Part shown: positions 37,253 to 46,384 of the stretch, piece after piece
Numbering within the stretch: position 1 is the first letter of the stretch
Layout: each line of letters starts with the position of its first letter
Source of the DNA: Desulfobacteraceae bacterium
GTDB taxonomy: Bacteria > Desulfobacterota > Desulfobacteria > Desulfobacterales > SKZT01
Assembly (NCBI GenBank): GCA_011389745.1
Contig: JAABTQ010000010.1
Location: 11,645 to 75,644, forward strand
Reading direction: 5' to 3'
DNA: 64,000 bases
Notes under the pieces: model-generated
The model's database searches: none
The model's input: the letters and a program-made list of their open reading frames with translations, nothing else
What the model was told of the DNA's origin: nothing
Translations under genes and position numbers: made by a program

Positions 37253-38140
37253 ATGGCTGAGATTTTTTATCAGTGGATTGTTCTGTTGTCTAAAAAGTAT
37301 GGTCTCTGGATTTTTAAAACATACGCATGGATTGTGGCAACGGGCTTTTTTTTGATATTTCCATTGGGTGTGGCTGCTGGTGTTCGCTTTTATCGGGCGC
37401 TGTTTCCCAAAAAGGTTCTGTGGTTTCACCTTTGGTGCGTCTGGAGGCAGTACCATAATTTTACATCCATTTTTTTGGATCGGTTTATACTGGAAGAATT
37501 TGCTGATATTACTTACAGTTCCGAAGGATGGGAGCATATTGAAAAAGCCATTAAAGAAAAAACCGGTGGGATCATTCTCATGTCCCATATGGGCAATTGG
37601 GAGATGGCTGCACACATTTTAAAACGCAAACACCCCGAAATCCCACTTCTTTTGTACATGGGAATCAAACAGAAAGAACAGATGGAGCGACTGCAAAAGG
37701 AGAGCCTGGCCGGAACCGGAATAAAAATAATCGGCGTTGAAAAACAGAACCCGTCTCCTTTTGACATCATTGAGGGAGTCAGGTTTTTAAAAAATGGAGG
37801 CATGGTTTCTCTTACCGGTGACAGAATATGGTATGAAGGTCAAAAAAGCGTATGGACCAGGTTTTTGGGACATGAATTAAGACTTCCGGAAACACCCTAT
37901 GTTTTTTCTCTGCTTTCCGGTTCTCCATTGTTTGTTTTTTTTGCATTTCGCACGGGGCAGGGGAAATATCAATTTTCCATCGCAAAGCTTGATTGTACGA
38001 GGTCTTGTTCTAGGTCGGAAAGAAAGGAAACTGTTATGCGACTGGCTGAGCAATATGCACGATTGCTTGAGCAGGCACTTCATAATTATCCCTATCAATG
38101 GGCTAATTTTGGTTTTTTTCTGGGCAAAAGACTAAATTGA
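37253..38140 (+). CDS. LpxL/HtrB-type lysophospholipid (lipid A-like) acyltransferase
   Basis: 295-aa ORF with an N-terminal TM anchor and SHMGNWEM (HX4E catalytic motif of the LpxL/LpxM family). Confidence 0.7.
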   Translation: MAEIFYQWIVLLSKKYGLWIFKTYAWIVATGFFLIFPLGVAAGVRFYRALFPKKVLWFHLWCVWRQYHNFTSIFLDRFILEEFADITYSSEGWEHIEKAIKEKTGGIILMSHMGNWEMAAHILKRKHPEIPLLLYMGIKQKEQMERLQKESLAGTGIKIIGVEKQNPSPFDIIEGVRFLKNGGMVSLTGDRIWYEGQKSVWTRFLGHELRLPETPYVFSLLSGSPLFVFFAFRTGQGKYQFSIAKLDCTRSCSRSERKETVMRLAEQYARLLEQALHNYPYQWANFGFFLGKRLN

Positions 38141-38166
38141 TCTGTTAAACTGAGGCTATTTTGTAT

Positions 38167-38427
38167 ATGAAATTAGAGCGGGAGTACATTTTAAAGGAAC
38201 TATCCCGGATTTTTAATGAAAAATTTGAAATTAAAAATCCGGGTGTTGATGATGACTTAAGAGAAGAGTATGAGTTCGACAGTATCGATGCAATTGAGCT
38301 TCTTGTGGAGATTGAAAAGATTTTGGGATTTCCCCTGAGCCAGGAGCAAAAAAAAATGGCCATGGAGGTCCGTACAATCGAACAGATTTGCGATTATATT
38401 CAGAGAATGGAATATGTGGGGGTTTAA
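38167..38427 (+). CDS. acyl carrier protein
   Basis: 86-aa ORF from the ATG at 38167. Phosphopantetheine-attachment motif EFDSIDAIELLVEIE. Confidence 0.8.
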   Translation: MKLEREYILKELSRIFNEKFEIKNPGVDDDLREEYEFDSIDAIELLVEIEKILGFPLSQEQKKMAMEVRTIEQICDYIQRMEYVGV

Positions 38428-38471
38428 GGTGTCATAAAATTTGTTTGATAGAAGGTGTTGACTGGAGAATC

Positions 38472-39704
38472 ATGGAAAAAAAAGTTGTTATTACCGCTTG
38501 TTCTGCCCTGACACCCATCGGCCATGGCAAACAACAGATTTTGCATAGCCTGAAAAATGGTCTTTCCGGCGTTAAACCATTGTGTGATGATGGTCTTTTA
38601 TCAGATTATATTCATTCCAAAGTGTTCGGCACTATCGATTATCCGGTGGAATTTGATTTCAAACGCAGCCATCGAAAAACCATGGGGCCTGTAGCATTTT
38701 ATGCATGTCAGGTGGTCAAGGAAGTTCTGGAACAAGCAGGGCTTGATGACGATTTTATCACCTCGGGCCGTCTGGGTGTGGCTTTTGGCTCCACCCATGG
38801 GAGCCCGACAATTCAGCGAAATATCTATAAAACATTTTTCAGCGGTTCAAAAGATCAGTTTTCCACTGTCAGTGCGGTAGATTATCTTAAATCGATGGTT
38901 CACACCACGGCTGTAAATATTACCAAAATGTTCGGCATAACCGGGCGAGTCATTTCTTCATCCACGGCATGCACCACAAGTAGCCAATCCATTGGTTTTG
39001 GATACGAAATGGTCAAGTTCGGGATACAGGATGCCATGATTTGCGGCGGGGCTGATGAATACGATACCACTACCGTTGCCGTATTTGATAACCTTCTTGC
39101 CTGTTCCACCGCTTTTAACGATACACCTAATCTTACACCACGTCCTTTTGAGGCCAGGCGTGATGGTCTGGTTGTGGGTGAAGGTGCCGGGGCAGTGCTG
39201 CTCGAGGAATATAACCGGGCTAAAAAACGCGGCGCTGATATTTTGGGTGAAGTGATCGGGTTTTCCTGCAATAACAATGGTGGTGATCTGATTTTGCCCA
39301 ATGCCAAGGGTATTAAAGAAACCATTCGATTGGGTCTTGAAAGCGCAAAAATAAAGGCCGAAGATGTGGACTTAATCAGTGCCCATGCAACAGGGACCAA
39401 GATGGGTGATGTGATTGAAGCTCAGGCGATTCACAGTATTTTCAGTGACACTGTTCATGTCACAGGATTGAAAAGCTATATGGGCCATACCATGGGAACC
39501 TGCGGTGTTATTGAAACCATTATCGCTTTGTACATGATGGAAAAAGGATTTATCGCTCCGACGTTAAACCTTGAAAAAATAGACAAGCGATGTGCAATGA
39601 TCAAACATGTCACAGACCTGGTGGATTCGGAAATCCGAATTGCACTGGTTCAGAACTTTGCATTCGGCGGTGTGAATACATGCCTGATCCTGAAAAAAGT
39701 GTGA
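38472..39704 (+). CDS. beta-ketoacyl-ACP synthase (elongating KAS I/II type)
   Basis: Start at the ATG at 38472, with a GGAGAA RBS. Cys-His-His triad contexts are SSTACTTSSQS, SAHATGT and YMGHTMGTCG. C-terminal NFAFGGVNTCLIL. Confidence 0.9.
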   Translation: MEKKVVITACSALTPIGHGKQQILHSLKNGLSGVKPLCDDGLLSDYIHSKVFGTIDYPVEFDFKRSHRKTMGPVAFYACQVVKEVLEQAGLDDDFITSGRLGVAFGSTHGSPTIQRNIYKTFFSGSKDQFSTVSAVDYLKSMVHTTAVNITKMFGITGRVISSSTACTTSSQSIGFGYEMVKFGIQDAMICGGADEYDTTTVAVFDNLLACSTAFNDTPNLTPRPFEARRDGLVVGEGAGAVLLEEYNRAKKRGADILGEVIGFSCNNNGGDLILPNAKGIKETIRLGLESAKIKAEDVDLISAHATGTKMGDVIEAQAIHSIFSDTVHVTGLKSYMGHTMGTCGVIETIIALYMMEKGFIAPTLNLEKIDKRCAMIKHVTDLVDSEIRIALVQNFAFGGVNTCLILKKV

Positions 39705-39717
39705 TTTTGAACCAATA

Positions 39718-40506
39718 GTGATGCAACCTTTTTTTAAACATATAAAACCCGCGGCTGATTTAATCCTCACACTGATTTACTGGACCTATTTTACGTTGGG
39801 ATATATCATTTTTTTTCTTCCTTTGTATTTGTGGTCGGCATTTTTTTCAAAAGATCCTGAACAGTCATTTCAGAAATTGAACCATCTTTTCTACAAAGGA
39901 TTTTTTGGTCTGGTAAGATCCATAACTCCAGGGTTGAACTTTGATATTGATGAGCAGGTGTTGTCTGTTCGTTCTTCAATTATTGTCTGCAACCACATAT
40001 CGTATCTTGATCCTATCCTTTTGATTTCTTTATATGAAAAGCATAAAACCATTGTAAAGAATATATTTTTTAAACTCCCTGTTTTCGGATGGGTTTTGAA
40101 ACGATCAGGATATATGCCATCGGCTTCCGATGCAAAATTAAGTGAAGTAATGCTCCGACAGGTTGAAGGCATGCACGAGTATCTGGCTTCGGGAGGTAAC
40201 TTGTTTGTGTTTCCCGAAGGAACCCGGAGTCGTGACGGCAACATTGGAAAATTTGAAAAAGGCCTGTTCAAGATCGCCAGGTTCTGTCATGCACCTGTAA
40301 AGGTATTTTTCATTCAAAATTCCAATCGGTTGTTTTATCCGGGTAAATTTTTGTTCAATACCTGCACGAAAAACGTAATCAAACTAAAACTCATCGGAGA
40401 GATTACCTTTGATAAACAAGGCAAAATGCCTCCTGTTGATGATATGATTGGAATGGTGCGCTCGATGATGGAAACATATAACATGGATTCCGGAAAAAAA
40501 TCATGA
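39718..40506 (+). CDS. PlsC-family 1-acyl-sn-glycerol-3-phosphate-type acyltransferase
   Basis: N-terminal TM segment, HX4D motif in CNHISYLDP, and the FPEGTRS motif. Confidence 0.8.
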   Translation: MMQPFFKHIKPAADLILTLIYWTYFTLGYIIFFLPLYLWSAFFSKDPEQSFQKLNHLFYKGFFGLVRSITPGLNFDIDEQVLSVRSSIIVCNHISYLDPILLISLYEKHKTIVKNIFFKLPVFGWVLKRSGYMPSASDAKLSEVMLRQVEGMHEYLASGGNLFVFPEGTRSRDGNIGKFEKGLFKIARFCHAPVKVFFIQNSNRLFYPGKFLFNTCTKNVIKLKLIGEITFDKQGKMPPVDDMIGMVRSMMETYNMDSGKKS

Positions 40507-42020
40507 AAATCGCTTTAATCTCCATGCCCGATGTCACGCCGTTCATAATACATGAAACCGCAGTGCATATGCCCAATCTGGGCATTGCAAGTATTGGGGC
40601 CAATATAGACGAAAAGCACGAGGTCTATGTTATTGATCTGATCCGAAAGCGACGTCAGGTTCGAAAATATCTCACCAGGACCCTTTTGAAAATACGGCCG
40701 GATTTGGTAGGGTTATCGGCCATGACCTGGCAATTTGATACCTGTGTGAAAATCATCAGGCTGATCAAAAGATTGTTGCCCCATGTCGGAATCGTCATCG
40801 GCGGATACCATACAACACTGATGTATAAAGAAATTGCCGCATCTGATGAGTCTGAATTGATTGATTTTATGATAAGGGGGGAAGGGGAGGAAGCTTTCAG
40901 AAGGCTGGTTGATGCATTAGACGGGAAAGACCGGTTCAAGGACATTGCGTCGCTATCATATAAGATAGCTTCGGAACAGATGAATCCGCAAAAAAAAGAG
41001 GAGAATCTTTTTATCCATAATCCAAAGGGTGACCTGTTGGATTTGTCCCGGATAAAACTGCCCATTCGTGACAAGAGGCGACTGACCTGGGGATATCATG
41101 TATTGTACAATAAAATTGAAGTGATGGAAACATCACGCGGATGTACCCGGTCCTGTAATTTTTGCAGTATCCGCCATATGTACGGCAAAAGCTTCAGGGT
41201 TTATCCTGTGGAGAGGGTTCTGGCCGACCTTGACGATATCTACTACAACCGTAAGACCCGTTGGGCATTCATTGCCGATGATAACCTGGTTTTGGCCCCT
41301 GAAAGGGTGATTGAACTCTGTGAAGCCATTTGTCGGAAAAGGTATAAAAACTTCAACCTGGTGATCCAGGCTGATTGTATTTCAATGGCCAAAAATGAAA
41401 CAATGGTCGAAAAATTGGCGCAGGCAGGAGTAAGATCCGTTTTTCTGGGCATTGAAAATGCCTCTCCAAAAAATCTCAGAGCAGTTCACAAGGGAGATAT
41501 TACACAGGCTGCGGTCAAAGCCGTTTCCAATTGCCATCGATACGGAATTATGGTGATCGGTGGGCTGATCCATGGCTTTCCTGATGATGATGATGCGGCG
41601 ATTATCCGCAATTACGAATTTTTCAATGCGTTAAAAATCGATGCCGTCTATACTCAGATTCTAACACCGTATCCCAAAACCGGAATTCGGCAAAACCTCA
41701 AGGAGGAAGGTTTGATTACCAATCTCTATGATTACGGGTATTACAACGGGCTGTGGGCCAATGTGAAAACCAGACACTTGTCTTCAGAACAGCTTCAGTA
41801 TCTTTTCTGGTATCGTAAACAAACGGTTCTGGGATGGTGGGAGCCCTCGGAGCTTGCCAGAAGAGACGGCAAATTATGGACATCTATTTGGCGTTTAGCA
41901 TTCAGGCCGGTACTCAGATATTTTATTAACAGAAATCTTAGAAAATACGGATGGCAAGGCCGGTATCAAAAAGAACTTTTAAGGTTATCAAACATGAATC
42001 GTTTTGATGATATTAGATAA
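40503..42020 (+). CDS. B12-binding-domain radical SAM protein
   Basis: 505-aa ORF overlapping the upstream stop by 4 nt. N-terminal Rossmann-like B12-binding region (VGLSAMTWQF...VIGGYH), CX3CX2C in SRGCTRSCNFCSI, and FLGIENASP. Confidence 0.85.
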   Translation: MKIALISMPDVTPFIIHETAVHMPNLGIASIGANIDEKHEVYVIDLIRKRRQVRKYLTRTLLKIRPDLVGLSAMTWQFDTCVKIIRLIKRLLPHVGIVIGGYHTTLMYKEIAASDESELIDFMIRGEGEEAFRRLVDALDGKDRFKDIASLSYKIASEQMNPQKKEENLFIHNPKGDLLDLSRIKLPIRDKRRLTWGYHVLYNKIEVMETSRGCTRSCNFCSIRHMYGKSFRVYPVERVLADLDDIYYNRKTRWAFIADDNLVLAPERVIELCEAICRKRYKNFNLVIQADCISMAKNETMVEKLAQAGVRSVFLGIENASPKNLRAVHKGDITQAAVKAVSNCHRYGIMVIGGLIHGFPDDDDAAIIRNYEFFNALKIDAVYTQILTPYPKTGIRQNLKEEGLITNLYDYGYYNGLWANVKTRHLSSEQLQYLFWYRKQTVLGWWEPSELARRDGKLWTSIWRLAFRPVLRYFINRNLRKYGWQGRYQKELLRLSNMNRFDDIR

Positions 42021-42083
42021 TTTTTCTCACTGCTTCATGATGTTGGCTGTGGTGTGAGATTATTTCAAAGAGCGAAGTAATAC

Positions 42084-42130
42084 TACCCTGATATTGCAAA
42101 ACAATAAGCATGTTTGCTTCAATCCGGCAA
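42084..42130. repeat. MITE-like intergenic repeat, left-end-only copy
   Basis: CCCTGATATTGCAAAACAATAAGCATGTTTGCTTCAATCCGGCA closely matches 20451-20491 (CCCCGATGTTGCAAAATAAGCATGTTTGCTTGAATCCGGCA). Confidence 0.6.
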
Positions 42131-42233
42131 TCTTATCCATATGCATGATATTGAAAATAATATTTGAAAAAGTGATCCCATTGACGATAAATGTTTAGAG
42201 AGAAGGAAATAAAATAACTCAATCATTTGGAGG

Positions 42234-42689
42234 ATGGCGATGAAAGATATAAATTATAATTCGGTTTTTAAGAATATTCAGATCTTGTTGATTGCAACGG
42301 CAATAACAGTTTCCGGACAATTGTTTTCAAATCAGGCATTTTCACAGACTATCGGCCCAGAGATTATGATGGCCCAAAATTCTCAACGATCTGAAAAGGT
42401 GATTAATATTCGCCTTAATGGTGCAGCCGATTATGAACTTGTAGAAGTCTTTGGGAAAGTGCTCAATAAATCACAAGGCGTGCTGGAAGCTAAACGCCAT
42501 GGTTCCAGAATCGTTCCGGACAATCCACGGGCTTGTTTTGCCGTCTGGAGAGTCCGGATTCATGAACCGGATCCTTCCCGTCTGCAAGCAAATATTATCA
42601 ATGCAATACATAATACCGGAGCTGATCTGCTAAAAGGAATCCGTCCCGGTAGTGCCTCTGCTAGTGAAATACAGTTTTTTGCACACTGA
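42234..42689 (+). CDS. hypothetical secreted protein
   Basis: 151-aa ORF with GGAGGA upstream and an N-terminal hydrophobic signal-like segment (IQILLIATAITVSGQLFSNQAFS). No recognised motif. Confidence 0.4.
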   Translation: MAMKDINYNSVFKNIQILLIATAITVSGQLFSNQAFSQTIGPEIMMAQNSQRSEKVINIRLNGAADYELVEVFGKVLNKSQGVLEAKRHGSRIVPDNPRACFAVWRVRIHEPDPSRLQANIINAIHNTGADLLKGIRPGSASASEIQFFAH

Positions 42690-42782
42690 TGGATTTTAAT
42701 GAATCAAGATTTAATGATTTCACATAAAGTTTTCAAATGTTAACGCATTGAATAAATAAGATTCAGAAAATGAAAAAAAGAT

Positions 42783-42812
42783 TTGACAAATAAAAATACC
42801 TGAGGATAAAAT
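42783..42812 (+). promoter_or_regulatory. putative sigma-70 promoter
   Basis: TTGACA - 18 nt - TAAAAT. This would give a leader of about 290 nt before the acyl-CoA synthetase ATG. Confidence 0.4.
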
Positions 42813-43108
42813 GTTCCATGTCTGAGCGAGCGCTCGGTCAACGATAATTCCGAGACATCGTATCAGTACGGTTTTACAGGATAAAAGCGGAAATTTTGAA
42901 CAGAATCATTATCGCCATCTGAGCAAATGATAACTAAAGCCTGTTTTCATGGTACTTTTTTATAAAAGAGAAAAGGAGCGTTTCCTGAAATGATTTGTCC
43001 ACCAGGAGGTTTTCAGGAAATACCGGGGGTGAAACTATTTCCGACAGGATTAGATAAGAGGAAATGGTTGCCTGTTTTGCATTTTTTAACCGAATAGGAG
43101 GAGAAAGC

Positions 43109-45013
43109 ATGACCAACCCGTACATCGAAGCGTATGAAAAATCAATCAACGATCCTGAAGGGTTCTGGGGCCCGATTGCCGAGGACTGCCATTGGTACAA
43201 AAAATGGGACAAGGTTCTTGATGATTCCAACAAACCTTTTTATCGGTGGTTTGTCGGAGGTGAGTGTAACACTTGCTATAACGCATTGGACTACCATATT
43301 GATAACGGCCTCGGGAATCAGTTGGCGCTTATTTACGACAGCCCGGTAACCAATACCATTAAAAAATTTACATACAATGAACTCAGAGATGAAGTTGCCA
43401 AATTTGCCGGTGTTTTAAAGGCCCAGGGTGTGGAAAAAGGGGACCGTGTTCTCATTTATATGCCCATGATTCCTCATGCAGCAATATCGATGTTGGCATG
43501 TGCCCGCATCGGGGCTGTCCACTCCGTGGTATTTGGTGGTTTTGCCGCCAAAGAGTTGGCAACCCGAATTAACGATGCCAAACCAAAAGTGATTGTAACG
43601 GCTTCGTGCGGAATTGAGGTAAAAAGAGTCATCCCTTATAAGCCCCTTCTCGAAGGCGCTATCGAAATGGCAACTTCCAAACCCGAAAAATGTATCGTTT
43701 TTCAGCGTCCGATGGAAACTGCGGAAATGATGGAGGGAAGAGACGTTGATTGGGATGAAGCCATGAAAAAAGCTGTTCCGGCTGATTGTGTACCCGTAAA
43801 GGCAACAGATCCCCTGTACATTCTTTATACCTCGGGAACCACAGGAGTCCCCAAGGGTGTTGTCAGGGATAACGGCGGACACATGGTGGCATTAAAATAC
43901 AGCATGAAAGCCGTTTATAATATGGATCAGGGTGATGTTTACTGGGCGGCATCCGATGTCGGCTGGGTTGTCGGCCATTCCTACATTGTGTATGCTCCGC
44001 TTTTCAAAGGCTGCACCACGATTCTTTTTGAAGGAAAACCTGTCGGCACACCTGATGCCGGTGCTTTCTGGCGGGTTATTTCAGAGCATGGCGTCAAGGC
44101 ACTTTTTACCGCACCCACGGCATTCAGAGCCATCAAACAGCAGGACCCCAAAGCCGAACTGATGAAAAACTATGATTTGTCCAACTTCAAAGCACTTTTT
44201 CTGGCGGGTGAACGGCTCGATCCCGATACTCTTACATGGGCTGAAAGGGCTTTGAATGTTCCGGTAATAGACCATTGGTGGCAAACCGAAACCGGCTGGG
44301 CCATTTGTGCCAATTGTCTGGGACTTCATCATTACGAGGTAAAACAAGGGTCTCCGACCAAGCCTGCTCCCGGATGGAATCTTGCGGTGGTTGATGATTC
44401 CAGTAAAGAAGTTCCCAAGGGAACAATCGGTGCGCTGGTGGTAAAACTACCCCTTCCTCCTGGCACGCTTCCTACATTATGGAAAAAAGATGATGCTTAT
44501 ATATCATCCTACCTTGAGGAATTTCCAGGTTATTATAAGACCGCTGATGCCGGTTTCATCGATGAAGACGGATATGTTTTTGTTATGGCCCGTACCGATG
44601 ACATTATTAATGTGGCCGGCCATCGTCTGTCCACAGGCGGCATGGAGGAGGTTCTCGCGGATCATCCGGATGTTGCCGAATGCGCGGTACTTGGTGTTGA
44701 AGACCAGCTCAAGGGGCAGATTCCTGTTGGATTTTTGGTACTCAATGCCGGTGTTGACAGATCCCATGATGAAATTGTCAAAGAAGTGGTTCAAATGGTC
44801 AGAGATCGAATCGGACCGGTGGCCGCATTCAAGAAAGCAACGGTTGTTAAACGCCTTCCAAAAACACGTTCCGGAAAGATTCTGCGAGGCACCATACAAA
44901 AGATTGCCGATAACAAAGAATACAATGTTCCTGCCACCATTGATGATCCTGCAGTTCTGGGGGAAATGGCTGATGCTTTAGAAACGATTGGTCTGGCAAA
45001 AGCAAGAAAATAG
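43109..45013 (+). CDS. prpE: propionate--CoA ligase-like acyl-CoA synthetase (Acs/PrpE family)
   Basis: Start at the ATG at 43109, with an AGGAGGA RBS. The N-terminus YEKSINDPEGFWG...RWFVGGECN resembles PrpE. AMP-binding motif YTSGTTGVPKG; VYMPMIPHAAISMLACARIGAVHSVVFGGF. Confidence 0.85.
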   Translation: MTNPYIEAYEKSINDPEGFWGPIAEDCHWYKKWDKVLDDSNKPFYRWFVGGECNTCYNALDYHIDNGLGNQLALIYDSPVTNTIKKFTYNELRDEVAKFAGVLKAQGVEKGDRVLIYMPMIPHAAISMLACARIGAVHSVVFGGFAAKELATRINDAKPKVIVTASCGIEVKRVIPYKPLLEGAIEMATSKPEKCIVFQRPMETAEMMEGRDVDWDEAMKKAVPADCVPVKATDPLYILYTSGTTGVPKGVVRDNGGHMVALKYSMKAVYNMDQGDVYWAASDVGWVVGHSYIVYAPLFKGCTTILFEGKPVGTPDAGAFWRVISEHGVKALFTAPTAFRAIKQQDPKAELMKNYDLSNFKALFLAGERLDPDTLTWAERALNVPVIDHWWQTETGWAICANCLGLHHYEVKQGSPTKPAPGWNLAVVDDSSKEVPKGTIGALVVKLPLPPGTLPTLWKKDDAYISSYLEEFPGYYKTADAGFIDEDGYVFVMARTDDIINVAGHRLSTGGMEEVLADHPDVAECAVLGVEDQLKGQIPVGFLVLNAGVDRSHDEIVKEVVQMVRDRIGPVAAFKKATVVKRLPKTRSGKILRGTIQKIADNKEYNVPATIDDPAVLGEMADALETIGLAKARK

Positions 45014-45046
45014 TAAAAAACCTGGTTGTGGATTTTTAAACGATCA

Positions 45047-45078
45047 AAGGCCGGTTCGGGTTATCCCAGCCGGCCTTT
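45047..45078. terminator. bidirectional terminator hairpin between convergent genes
   Basis: AAAGGCCGG-TTCGGGTTATCCCAG-CCGGCCTTT followed by GTATTT, preceded by an A-rich tract. Confidence 0.6.
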
Positions 45079-45082
45079 GTAT

Positions 45083-45535
45083 TTAATGATTGGAGAATTT
45101 TTTGTTGTTACGAAGGCATATTTTGCATACGCCGTCCAGACGAACTTCTACTTTTTCGATAACACCCGGAAAGGTCCGTATGATTTGTTCAATTTCAAGA
45201 TGAACGCCCTCGGGGTTCAAGCATTCCAAATTTCCACACAGCTTGCAATAAAAATGGGGATGGGAAGGATGATTTTTGTTGGGGGCCAGCCCATAATGAA
45301 AAGAACGACCGCCGCTGCTGATCCGGTCTATAACTCCTTTTTCCACAAGAAGGTCTAAAATCCTATAGACGGTTACTCGGTTGATTTCTTCAGAGCGGCT
45401 TAATGTTTCAAAGATATCCTGAGCGCTTAGGGGGCGGTTATTATTTCCGACAATTTCCAGAATTTTTAATCGATTGGGCGTAGGTGAAAGTTCTGAGGTT
45501 TTAAGGATGCTGTTGTAATTACAATGATGGCACAT
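45083..45535 (-). CDS. zur: Fur-family metalloregulator, probable zinc uptake regulator Zur
   Basis: 150-aa ORF with a winged helix (RLKILEIV...VTVYRILDLLVEKGV) and CxxC pairs (HPHFYCKLCG, VCKIC). It is co-oriented directly downstream of znuCB. Confidence 0.8.
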   Translation of the reverse strand: MCHHCNYNSILKTSELSPTPNRLKILEIVGNNNRPLSAQDIFETLSRSEEINRVTVYRILDLLVEKGVIDRISSGGRSFHYGLAPNKNHPSHPHFYCKLCGNLECLNPEGVHLEIEQIIRTFPGVIEKVEVRLDGVCKICLRNNKKFSNH

Positions 45536-45553
45536 AATATTACCCCTCGATTA

Positions 45554-46369
45554 TTATTTTACGGCATGTCTGCGGATACGGTCTATGAGTAATGAAAGAA
45601 AAAAAGCAAATGCAGCCACCATAATGATGGTCGCTCCGGATGTCAGATTAAATTTATAAGAAAACCACAAACCGACAAGGGAAAAAATAATACTTAAAAA
45701 CCCGGAAAATAGCATCATTTGCAAAAGTGAATTTGTATATCGTTCAGCAATAAATGGCGGAATGGTTAAAAGGGCGATAATTAAAATCAAGCCAACCACC
45801 TTGATCACCATGACTACGGAAAGTGCAATCATGCCAATGAGAAGAAAATATAATGGTTTGACCGACACGCCCCGAAGTTGCGCAAATTCCTGATCGTAGG
45901 ACATGGCTAAAAAATCATGGTAATAAAATCCGACAATTATGACAATAAATAAACTCAGCCCCGCCATTATATAAAGCTCCGAAGACGGTACAGTGAGAAT
46001 ACTTCCGAATAGATAGCTCATGAGATCGACATTGTAACCTTCTTTAATATCGAGCAAAATGACTCCCAACGCCATGCCCACGGCCCATACCACTCCAATA
46101 AAAGTATCTGCACGGTTTTTTTCTTTTAAGGTTATTGCCGCCATGATCATGGCGGCAATAACAGAAAATCCAAAGATGCCCACATAGTAAGGTAGCCCCA
46201 GAAAAAACGCCAATCCAATGCCGCCATAAGCTGCGTGGGCAATTCCACCTGCCAGAAAAACGATTCGGTTCACAACAACCAGTGTGCCGATCACACCGCA
46301 TATGGCGCTTGCCATAATGGCGGCCATCACGGCATTTCTCATAAATTCGAACTGAAGAGCTTCCAGCAA
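45554..46369 (-). CDS. znuB: zinc/manganese ABC transporter permease (ZnuB-like)
   Basis: 271-aa multi-TM ORF of the ABC-3 permease family (FMRNAVMAAIMASAICGVIGTLVVVNRIVFLAGGIAHAAYGG). Confidence 0.85.
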   Translation of the reverse strand: MLEALQFEFMRNAVMAAIMASAICGVIGTLVVVNRIVFLAGGIAHAAYGGIGLAFFLGLPYYVGIFGFSVIAAMIMAAITLKEKNRADTFIGVVWAVGMALGVILLDIKEGYNVDLMSYLFGSILTVPSSELYIMAGLSLFIVIIVGFYYHDFLAMSYDQEFAQLRGVSVKPLYFLLIGMIALSVVMVIKVVGLILIIALLTIPPFIAERYTNSLLQMMLFSGFLSIIFSLVGLWFSYKFNLTSGATIIMVAAFAFFLSLLIDRIRRHAVK

Positions 46370-46384
46370 GTTATATCCTTTCTA

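Noticed and set aside
43065-43081. Sigma-54-like TGGTTG-CCTGT-TTTGCA just upstream of the acyl-CoA synthetase
   Set aside because: The GG and GC dinucleotides are separated by 11 nt instead of the invariant 10, and the -24 element is TGGTTG rather than TGGCAC.
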